In this document: piece after piece, positions 14,801 to 26,800 of the stretch
Position numbering within the stretch: the stretch's first letter is position 1
Layout: each line of letters opens with the position of its first letter
Source: Obrimoposthia wandeli
Taxonomy: Eukaryota
Assembly (NCBI GenBank): GCA_977020255.1
Contig: CDROCS010006203.1
Span: 124,001-188,000 of the forward strand
Direction: 5' to 3'
Length of the DNA stretch: 64,000 bases
The notes under the pieces: generated by a model
What the model saw: the letters and a program-made list of their open reading frames with translations, nothing else
Database searches by the model: none
What the model was told of the DNA's origin: nothing
Program-made: the position numbers and the translations under genes

Positions 14801-17800
14801 TACATCATCATCATCGGTATCCACATCTGTGTCTGTAAGCCTTGTTGGTGGTGGCTTCTCGAACTTAAGAGATTTAGTTTGTTTAGAGTTCATATCAAAA
14901 TAATGAATTCTATACCAAAAGTGGTAGCTTATATATATATATATCATACTCGATTCTGATTGGATAATCTTTAGCTTAAAAATTTTATATATAGATTGGG
15001 TTATTTCCAATAATTCAATCATGAATCTTGCAAATATTAATTATAAAGGTAAAGTTAAAGGATACATCAGTCACTTACCCTTCAAAACCGGGAAACCATG
15101 TCAGTACGTGCACAGGTGTAAGGATTATACCCTTATAATCTTCCGTTCAGGTATGTTTTTTATGTTAGTTAGTTAGTTATTATTAGGAGCATGCAGGATA
15201 ATGGGTTGCAAGAAACCTATTACTACAACTTTGCTCAAGTGTCCATTTAGAATAAAGATTGATCGTATTCAATCCGTAACGGTTACTGTCGATTTAGGTA
15301 AGAAGGTGAACCTATACAAGTTGTCTCAAAAGTGTGGAGCTGCATGCATGTTCGAACCTGAGTTGTTTCCTGCTTTAAGGTTTACAAAACACAATCCTCT
15401 GTGCGTCAACATATTTGCAAGCGGGAAAGTGGTCATACTCGGTCTCAAGGATTTGGATTATCACTTTGATGTGACTTTGATAATAACTGATATTTTACTT
15501 TTGATATAAACAATAAATTTTAGTTGAATTTTATTCTTACATGATTTGAAATGCTAGTTGATTATATACTTCATTATACAACTGTTGATGATGTTTTAGT
15601 TAGACGAAAAGTAGGTTATTCTAGAATGAAAGTTTTACACTGGAAATATAGACGTGAAAGTGAAAGATTAAGATCATTAATTATAAATTTTAAAGGGAAA
15701 CAATCTATAAATGATTTAGCTAAAGCCGGATTTTATAAACATGATGATGATTCAACCGATAAAGTAAAATGTATATACTGTCAAGGTGCGTTATCCGAAT
15801 GGGAATGGTATCTTAAACCAATGAAGCAACATATGAAATTTTTTCCTACATGTCCATTTCTTTTAAAGTTAAATGTTTCAAATGTACCAATAATTGAAAC
15901 TATGAACAAGAAAATCGATTTTGATACATCACCATTGATTGGAAAAGTACATGTATCAGATATTGATATAAAATTACCTGATATATGCTATTCAAAATGT
16001 TTAGGACCCTATAATGAGGCTAATGTTATTGAGAAAATCGAAACAGATTGTATAATTGAATATCCATTGACTATCGAGAAATTCGATATGTTGATGGATA
16101 CAAACCAAATCAGATATTTGAAAAAGTTTTTCACAAAAGATAGAATAAAATCTGTTTTAAAATATAAAATGATGCGATATGGTGAATACAATTCACTATT
16201 TGAATTGCTTTGTGATTTATCTAATTTAGAAATGAAACCTGAAAAACAATATATAAATATACTTTCATACATTTTAAAGGTACCCGAATGTGTAGTATGT
16301 TTAAATAATCATATTGAAGTAGTATTTCTCCCTTGTGGACATGTAAATACATGTATATCATGTTCTAGAATGTTACATTCATGTCCAGTATGCAGATGTC
16401 TGATTGAACGGAGAGTAAGAAATGTAAAATTTCATGGTATAAACAATTGAAATTTATGATTTATATAAATGGATGAAAACGATAAATTAGTTGATGATGC
16501 AGTCGAAGAAATTATAAATGGAACAATAAATGGAGTTCAATACTTTTCTAGTTTTGATGGACTTTCTCGTAATAATATAAAGGAAATTGTTTGCACCCAT
16601 GTATATAGAGATATCAAACGAATTAAGGATTTTGAAACATTCGTTCAAATTAATCGTTCAAACATGATGTATATAACCTTTTCTGCGTCAATTTTTAATT
16701 CTCTGTTGTTGTATATATTAATAAAACGTATATAAACAATCGTTTCTTTTGATTTATTATTATTGATGATGATAAAACTTAAAAATAACGCGGTTTACCA
16801 AATAGTAGGACCTAGTGGGAGTGGGAAAACACATTTTGTAACTAAATTACTTCAAAATAAAAACATGTTTAATCAAAAGTTTAGTAGAATATACTGGCAT
16901 TACGGAGGTGTAGGTGAATCTGGTCTAACACGAACAGAATTAGGTAAATTGAAGGGTATTCATTTTATTAATGGTTTTGATAATAAATGGTCTGAGAGGT
17001 TAAATTCAGGAGATGTCATTGTAATTGATGACTTGTATGATGAAGCGAATAAAGAGTCGGGTTTTAATAACCTGTTTACCAAAATAGCTAGACATAGAAA
17101 TGTAACAGTGATTTTTATCACTCAAAATCTCTTTCATCAAGGCGGTCAACACCGTACTCGAAATTTAAATGTACATTATCTAGTATTATTTAAAAATCCG
17201 CGAGATCAAACGGTTATCGACTTTGTTGCCCGTCAAGCTTTCCCTTGTAATAAGCAATATTTGATTGACGCATTTCAAGATGCAACAACTAACCCTCATG
17301 GATACTTGTTTTTAGATTTTACACAGGAATGTCCAGACGATTTACGCGTGAGAACCGATATTTTCAATAATGATTTTGTATATAAACAAAAGAAAAGCCT
17401 ATCTACTTGTTAATCATGTCATTTATGAAAGAAACAATGCCTAGTGGAGTTGGACCTAAATGGAGACCGGGTGATAAATTACACGCTAATGATAACAAAT
17501 TTATGTTAAAGAAGAATGCTCATATTAAAAATCTTATTAAATCAGTGCTTCATCAGCGTAAAGTAGTCGATGAATCATTAAAGAAATCGGTAAAGACAGT
17601 AAAGAGAAAACCTGTAAAAAAGAAACCATTAAAGAAGAAACCTGTTAAGAAAGCAGTTGGAAAGTCGGTTAAGAAGTCGGATAAAAAGCATGTAAATAAA
17701 CTAGTTGGTAAATGGATTAAACTATAAACAATATTGCAAATAGTTTAATTCATTAAACATGTTATCAAAATCTATACTTCCCTACTTTCAGGCTTTAATC

Positions 17801-20800
17801 AAGGCTCCAAGCATATATAGACAACGTATACTCAAGTCATTTCCACCCTTTGTTATTGATAAGTTGGTTGTGGTCTTGTTTAATATTACAAAAGGTACTG
17901 TAAAAATCGGTAATCATAAACATAACCTTAGAAAACATCAAAAAGCTTTACTTGATTTAGTGAATACTAAAAGTAAAACTGGTAAACGTAGAGTAATTCT
18001 AAAACAAAAAGGTGGTTTTATCGGTGCATTAATACCTATAATTGCTACTTTAGTATCTCCTTTGATTGCAAAATTGATAAACTCATAAACAAAATGGGTA
18101 ATAACATACCAAACATCGATTTTAAATTCACTTGTTGTAATGGAAACGATATGGTACGATCCCGAAAACCCAGCTGGGTACAGCGGCATTGGCAAACTAT
18201 CATTAAAAAGTCAATCGACTCAAAAGAAAACTCAGAAATGGCTGAGCAATCAGCTAGCATACAGTCTAAACAAGCCAATGAAGCGGAAGTTCCCGACTCG
18301 AGCATACAGAACAAGCGGTCCTAACGATTTATGGCAGGCCGATTTGATGGAAATGATACCATATGCAAGTATCAATGATGGTAACAAGTATATTTTAACA
18401 TGTATTGACGTGTTTACAAGGTATGCGCGTGCATTACCTGTAAAATCTAAATCAGGTAAGGATATAGAGGCTGCTCTAAGTATAATGACTGATAAAACTG
18501 TCCCCATACATGTGCAAACTGATAAGGGTAAAGAGTTTTACAACAAAAATGTAGGTAGTTTATTTAAAAATTAAATATTGAACATTACTCTGTAGTTTCA
18601 CAATTCAAAGCTGCCCTAGTTGAAAGGTTTAATAGAACATTGAGAGATCGATTAAAAGACATTTTATTGCACAAGGCAATAAAAGATGGGTTGACGTTTT
18701 ACCAAAAGTAATGACTTCATACAATCACAGTAAGCATAGAGGTTTAGACGGATTGAGACCTGTCGATATTAATGATAAAAATGCAATGGAAATTTGGTTG
18801 AGTCGTAATCAAGTCGATAAAGTTAATAAACCCAAACATAAGACTGGTGATTATGTTCGGATATCAAAGTTTAGTGGTAGCCCCTTTATTAAAAACTTTG
18901 ATCAGAATTGGAGTGATGAAGTGTTTAGGATAGAGAAAATAGACAAACGTGCAAATCCTGTAATGTACTCTATAGTTGATGATGACTGTAATGTAATAAC
19001 AGGGAAATTTTATGAACCTGAACTACAAGTAATTGATAAACCTACACTTTTCCGTATCCAAGAAGTTGTAAAATCTAAAGGCCGTGGTAAGAATAAACAA
19101 TATCTCGTAAAGTGGCATGGATATTCTGAATCAACATGGATCAAAGCAAGCCAGATAGAGACTTCTATATGATTTTACCGAGTAATAGTTGTCCGAAAAC
19201 TCAACCTAATAATATGGCTTCATTATTCACTGTAGATTGGGAGAATCCAATTACGTTAAATGGTAAATGGGAGGCGGCATTAACTGAATTTACGTACACA
19301 AACACTCCTGTTATTTTAAATAAGGGCAGTGAAATTAATTATTCTATTAAATTATCCAATCAACAGACTGATCAAATATCTTTATCAGTAATTCATACTC
19401 AAGTAGAAGTAGAAAAGAAAGAACCGCAATTGCATGGTGATAAATCAGAACCAAAAGTTATTAAAAAGACAATTAATAAAATATCAAAACTCACCGTCAC
19501 GTCTAAAGATAAGATTGCAAAGCTTTCTATTTCCTTAAGCACAGTTGGTGTAGGTATTGATAAAAAGGATAATGTTGTACTAATAAAATCCGTCAACAAC
19601 AAAAAATTCTATATCAAGATGGATGCTGACGCTAAAAATGAATTAGGATTCATTTTCAATACATTAACTTCAGAAGGTTTCGAGTCTGATGATAAAGGAG
19701 TTTTACTTGGATCAACGTCTATCAGACCTGATTGCAGTGCACATAATTTACAATATATGCATTATAAAACCGGTTCATACAACAAGAAAATTGTATTTAC
19801 AGAAGATTTAAATAATAATAATGTAAATGCATTAGTAGCATACATTAAATCTAAATGCGACGTCATATTTAAAAGATTTTATATTGATGATAATGATAAG
19901 CTAATAAAATTTGTATTAAAGAATGGAATTGAGCATATTGGATTTGATCAACGTTTAATGTATGTATTAGGGTTAGATAAATCACGATTTACGGGCAACG
20001 GGTCTGGACTACCTCGATTAAATTACGAGTTTGATCACATGTACTTGTATTCTAGTCTGTGTGAACCTGTAAACGTTGGAGGTCAAATGATACCCTTATT
20101 AAAATCTATATGGTTAGATAAAAATAAAGCACCAGGAGACACGGTTAATATCGCAATATACAGACCCATGTATATCCCTTTAGCATCAAATGTAATCTCA
20201 AACATTGAAATTAATATTAGAAACGATGCAGGTGTTCCAATAAGTTTTTCCAACAATGCAAAAGTATCCCTTACCATACATGTCCGTTGTATAGATCAGG
20301 TATAAACAATCTGTATTCAAAAATAGTTGTCCATTACAGTTATGAATATAATTGAGACATTTAGTGGACCTCAACAAGGTGGTGAATTACCATATTTTGT
20401 AGGTAAACAGTACGGTTCGGGATGGTTGAAAACATTGGGGCGGTTAGCATTCCCTATACTGAAAAGATTAGGTCGTGTTGGAGTTAAAACAGTTCAAGAT
20501 GTAATAATGAACAACAAATCTGTGTTACCAATGCTTAAACAACATGCACTAGGGGAAGTTGCCGGAGCCATACCGGAGGCTAAGGAAGCTTTTGGTACAG
20601 TTGTTAAAATTATTAAAAATCGACGTAAACGTAAAGCATGTGAAGCAGCACAAATGGTTGAACCCGAAACTAAAAAGCAAGAGGGTAGTGGTAGAAAGAA
20701 AGCATCTAGTATAAACAAACGAAGAAAACAAGGTACAATATTTGCTTAATAATGGCTTGTGGTAAATCTGAATTATGTATTTTTGATCGAGCTTTGCCCC

Positions 20801-23800
20801 AGGTAGTTGTAAGTAATGGTAGCTTTGAAGATATATATCCAACAAACAATATTACCGGAACAAGAACATCAGAGATTCTGTTTAAAATTCAAGGTTCAGA
20901 TATTGAGTACTTAGATTTGAATGATACCTTGTTGTTTGTGAAAATTAAAGTAACGAAAACTGATGGTACAGAAATAGCTGTTGCAGATAATGTGGTCCCA
21001 TCAAATTTCTTGATGCATTCCCTATTTAAAAGCATAGATATAACAATGAATAATACTGTAGTAGAAACCCATCCTCAATATGCACAAAAAGCTATGATTG
21101 AAACCATACTAAACTATAGCACAGACACTAAAGACACTTGTTTGTCGAGTATAGGTTATGATGATGATGATGATGATGATGATAAGCGTAAAGGTTGGGC
21201 TGCTCGCTCAAAAGAAATTGACTTGTGTGGGACTCTTCGATCTGATATTTTTGAGCAACCAAAGTATCTCTTACCTGGTGTGTCTATCATGGTAAGACTT
21301 GTACCTAATAAATCTATGTTTAGTCTGAACTACGGAACGACTCTATCGCGAATCATATTTATTGAAGCTAAACTTAAAGTCAGAAGAATCAGAGTTGAGA
21401 ATGATGTTTTAATGGGACATAATATTGGTCTTGAATCTAGGAATGCTGTATATCCCTATACTCGCAGAAAGCTAATGTATCATACCTTAGCCATCGGTTC
21501 TACGAGTTTTTACAAGGATCAAGTGTTTGATGATGAACAATTGCCTAAATTTGTGTTGATTACGTTGCAAGCAGGTGAAAAACTTATCGGTAATGCTGCT
21601 ACAGACTCTTCAACATTCGATCATTCTAATGTTAACACTATCAGTCTTGCTAGAAACAGTGATTTTAACGAATCTTACAGTACAAACTTTGAAACAGGTG
21701 AAACCACCTTTGCATATGTCCAATCTATCATTAGAAATATGGGTAATTTGGATAAGAATATAAACAATGGCGTATCACTGGATGAATTCGAAACCAAATA
21801 TCCATTTTTCACGTTTGTTTTAGCCCCTGACTTTGATATCACGCAAAACCAATTAGCAAAACAGGGTAATTTACGCCTTGACATCAAGTTTCACAAGTCA
21901 TTAACAGTCCCAACAAACGTACTGATTTACGGGATTTTTGATTCTGAGTTTGAAATAACTAAAGGCCGACGTGTGATTGTATGAAGTGAGTTTTTAATTT
22001 ATGTTTTAAGATTTTATTAACAACAGTACTGTTCAGGTGAATGAAATAACTAGTTTGCTGCTCGGACCGCGATTTAAGGGTGTATACCCGTTGGAAAAAA
22101 TCCCAACATTAACGCCTGGGGGATATATTGTCAATACACATACCTCAAATCTTCCTGGAGAACACTGGATTGCGTTATTCGTGAGACGGAATTCTGTACA
22201 TGTGTATGACCCTCTTGGAGTATACTATCCAGGAAAACTTATCAAACATGTAGAGTCTCAAGGAAAACATGTATATTACAACAAAATTCGTTCTCAAAAC
22301 CCGCTGACTACTAATTGCGGTCCACTATGTATCTTATGGTTGTATGATCAAACTATATAAATGTCAAACCTTTTTATTTGTGTTGATTGGTAATAAAATT
22401 TGTATTCAAAATCGTATTTGTTTTATAAATAGCTGTCCCATCGAAATTTTAAAAAAAAAATTTGAGTTTTGATAAATTAAAAAATAGATTTAAAATCTAC
22501 TAATTAAGAGAAAATTAATGGTGTTAATTATTTTTAAAAATTTAAAGTTTAACGGTGTGAATTTCAGTTATGAAAAAATTCATAATTGATTGACCGTAAT
22601 TAACCTTTATGATCACGTGTGTAGCAACTAGGGAATAAAGAGTCTTTATTACGCATTCCTAGTTTGTAAGTACACACGTGATGTGTGACGTGTACATCTA
22701 GGGCAGCAACTACACTGATTGTGAACCATATATAAACAATCAGTGTAGTGTCATTTATCAATTTCATTCACAATTTCGAAAAGTAAGTATTTTGATTTTA
22801 TTTTTTATTATTTTTTTTTTTTTTAGATGTCAAAAATTATTTTTGCTTACAACAGCAATAAAAAATGGACAGTGAAGCCTGCAGTCGATGATGATGATGA
22901 TGATGATGATGTCGACTTGGATGCGACACCTGTCAAGAAAAGTAATTTTGATTATTATTATTATTATTATTATTATTTTTAATTTAATTTAGCAATACAG
23001 AGTGTCACACCACCGCCAATATCAATCGCACCATGGCTTTCAACGCACCATGCTCCTACTAAGAAAAGAAGCCGAAAGCAGAAGAAAAAGAAGAATATGC
23101 CAACAACAATATATGATGATGATGATGATGAAAAGAAGAAAATGTCAAAAGTTTTTTTATCTCTTGAGAAATCTTCTCACTCTCAACTTCCTTCTTCTTC
23201 TTCATCTTCTCATTCTCATTCTCATTCTCATTCTCATTCTCATTCTCATTCTCATTCTCCATATGATAATCATTTATATAAACTTTTTGGGGATATAAGG
23301 GATATAAAATCTTATTCTCCCGACTGCGATAGCTGCCCGGTAACGCGGGGCAGTCTAACTCCTGGAATGGGGTCGCAGAATAAGTTAATTAAATCAAGAG
23401 GTTACCCCTTACTTTTTAAACCAGGAACACCTGTTGGGTCACCTGTTAATTCAGTAGAAAATTTCAACGTAAATGAGATATACTCGGGTTTTGAAAATAT
23501 CCCGTTTAAAAAATATTTTAATCAATTAAAGAAAGTAAAAAATCAAAATATTGATTTAAGTAAACTTAAAACAGAAGGTAGGAAAGGTAAAAGATTTCGT
23601 CAGAAGCTGCGTAGATTGAGAAAACTACCAGCAGATATAACAATATTTGCAAATTTATTAGGGTCTTGCAAACCCATTAATATTAGTCCAGGTCTGAAAA
23701 TTACAGATCTGGCAAATAAATTATATGAAGTCTTTGAGACTGATCAAATTTATTTTAACCGTAATGGCATGCCCTTTGAAAGGGAAGCTATTATCGGTGA

Positions 23801-26800
23801 TGTTTTACATGAGTGGGCTATTATCCATGTATACCCTAAACTTCGTGGAGGAAGTAACTTATGTACATTGTACAAGTATTGCACAAACGTTAATCATGGA
23901 ATAGAATGTCATAGTGTAATGCTTAAATATTATAAATTTAAAAGCGGTTTTATTTGTCCACATTGTGATGTGTTATATTGTATTGACTATCAAACATTTT
24001 ATAATGATCATAAGGATCATCTGACGTATTTTAAGTCTTAAAAGTCAGCATACAAACGTAAAGTAATGAGAGTACCAACAATAGACAACAATAAAATAGC
24101 AAAAACTAATAATTTTACTGAAGAGTTTGATGTGGTAGACTCGTGGGAACCGGATAGTGTTGTAGAAATTGATACTTATCCTGAAGTTGTAGAAATTATT
24201 GAGCCTTTAAGTCCTAATGAAATCTTAAATAATAATAATATTGATGAACTTATAGATCAGGACGAGTTTATAACAGAAAATGATTTTTTCGACTCACTCC
24301 TAACTATTACGGATGATGACTTTGATAATATTGTTACAATTAATTCAGATAATATATTAACTTTTAACAATCAAATAGGAGGTGCAATTCAATCAAACCT
24401 TGTTTTTGATGTTAGTGGATTAAACATGCTTAAACTATACATTAACGATACTATGCTAACTGAACTTACTAGCAGTATAGATGTGTTTGGTCCCTGTAAA
24501 ATACAGTTTGGTGTTGAAACCGAATTTGTCAATAACGAGGGTCAACATAAAACATGACATGTAAGCTGTAAAGCAAATATTTTTGAACAAGATTTTATCA
24601 CTACAAGAACAGTTGAGCTCAACAATAAAATTGAAATTTATAAGGATATGAGTTCGGGATGGTCAGTATTTAAAATTCTGTTGGTATCCTTTAAATTTAC
24701 CGCACTTTCAAACGTAGCAGGATCATCATTTATAAAAACCCCGGTTGCGCTTGCTAAAACACTATCTATAGTGAACGTAAATAATACTGATGATCAGTGT
24801 TTTAAATACGCTGTTCTCAGTATCCTACACCATAAAGATTTCAATCGAAACAGACAAAGAGTTGAAAACTATAATGATTATTTAAATGAACTTATATGTG
24901 AGCCTGGTCCTATGAGGATAGACGGCATCAAGGCGTTTGAAAAACTCAATAATATAGCGATAACAGTATTCTCCTATAAACCTACAAAGGTAGAGCCTCA
25001 TAGTAGTCATCTAGTGTTTAAAAACCCAGATGTTAATGTTATTTATAGAACGAGTCTTAAACAGTGCGAAAAAGTAGTAAACTTGTTGCTGTTAGAACAG
25101 AGCGGTAATTATCACTATACAGGGATTACAAACCTGAATAGACTGTTAAATACTCAAAAATATAATGTGCGTCTCTTTTGGTGTGAGAAATGTCTTTTTG
25201 GATTTCGAACCACGATTTCATATGACAAACACAGGGCACATTGTAATATTAATACAGATTTAACAACCTTGTTTACAATGCCTAAAGAGATCAAGTGTCA
25301 ATTTTCCGACTGGTCTAAATCTATTGCGCCACCATTTGTTGTATATGCCGACTTTGAGTCAATACTGAGCCACATAATACTTTCAAACACATTCATAAAC
25401 CAATATCTATAGGGATGATTTTGAAAAACAACACTAATAATTCAATACAATATTTCAGTTATTACGGTCTGCAGTGTGCTAAACACTTTGTAGATAAATT
25501 AACTGAGTTGATAAATGGTGAAGTGGCAGATTTTTGGGTAAATAGTATTAATGTTCCTATGGTTTTTACTAATAATGACATGTTAAACTTTAGAGATTGC
25601 ACTAATTGCTATCTTTGTAAAAAATTAAACGATCGTATGGTTAGAGATCATGATCATATCACGGGTAAATACTTGGGTGCGGCATGCAACAAATGCAATT
25701 TAAGTCGCAAGTTTGCAAAGAGACCGGTTTTACCTGTGGTGTTTCATAACCTTATGGGTTATGATATACATCATATTTTAAAATATGCCGACTTGAAAGG
25801 TAAATCCTTTTCAATTATCCCTAAATCAAGTGAAAAGTTCATGTCCCTCCGTATAGAGATGAAGAGGGGGACATTGAAATTCATTGATTCATACCTTTTA
25901 CAACGTCAAGTCTTGAATCCTTAGTTTCATACTTGCCAAGTTGCCCTTATACTACACAATACCTAAACCCTAATATTGCAACAAGTAAGGCGGTATTTCC
26001 ATATGAATATATTAGTGGTATTGATAGGCTTATGGAGACGCAGTTACCCGCTAAATCTGAGTTTCCTTCTCGAGTCACTGATCAACAATATAATGAAGCC
26101 CTAATGATGTGGACCGTATTAGGGTGTAATACTATTAAAGACTACATGCTTGAGTATATGAAACTTGACGTGTATCTGTTATGTGATGTTTTTGAGGCCT
26201 TTAGACAGAAAGTAAGGGATGATGATAATCTAGAGGCGCTCAATTTCTTTAGTATCCCTGGTCTCAGTTGGGCTAGCGCATTAAAAACATTAGAGTATGA
26301 TGTGGATTTATTGCATGATCCCGAAATGTATAACATGTTTGAGGCAGGGATACGGGGAGGGATGACTTTCATCAATAAACATTACGTTAAAACAACAGAT
26401 GAAACATTCCTCCTATATATTGACATAAATAACTTATATGGCTGGGCCTTGAGTCAACCGTTACCACATACAGATTTTACATGGGTATATGACGGTTTTG
26501 AAGCGATAATTGAGCTTATAACTGAGAGGGATATTCACGGTAATATGCAGGACTTGAGTCTTAAAGAACATGGATACTTGTTGGAAATTGATTTAGGCAT
26601 ACCCATCAGTATTCATGATAAACTTGATGACTTACCGATTGCGCCTAATAGAGAAATCCCTCCCGGCTCAAAAGCTTCAAAGCTGTTGATGACCCATGAG
26701 GATAAAAATAATTACATCATACACTCACAACTACTACAATTTTACTTGTTTCTGGGTGCAGAAATTAAACAAGTGCATAGAGCAATAAAGTTTCATCAAG

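Noticed and set aside
14894-15022. N-terminal extension of the 259-aa minus-strand ORF
   Set aside because: Overlaps the TBP start and runs through the (AT)7 tract and promoter-like spacer; ATG 14893 is more plausible
18094-18324. 76-aa ORF overlapping the integrase start
   Set aside because: Alternative frame over conserved integrase sequence with no motif; cannot be supported
22037-22039. GTG start for the protease
   Set aside because: Eukaryotic context; a spliced ATG at 21981 gives a better N-terminus
23059-23262. Minus-strand (EN)n ORF and plus-frame ORF 23002-23298
   Set aside because: Alternative readings of the (CATTCT)n and (GAT)n microsatellites within the real spliced ORF
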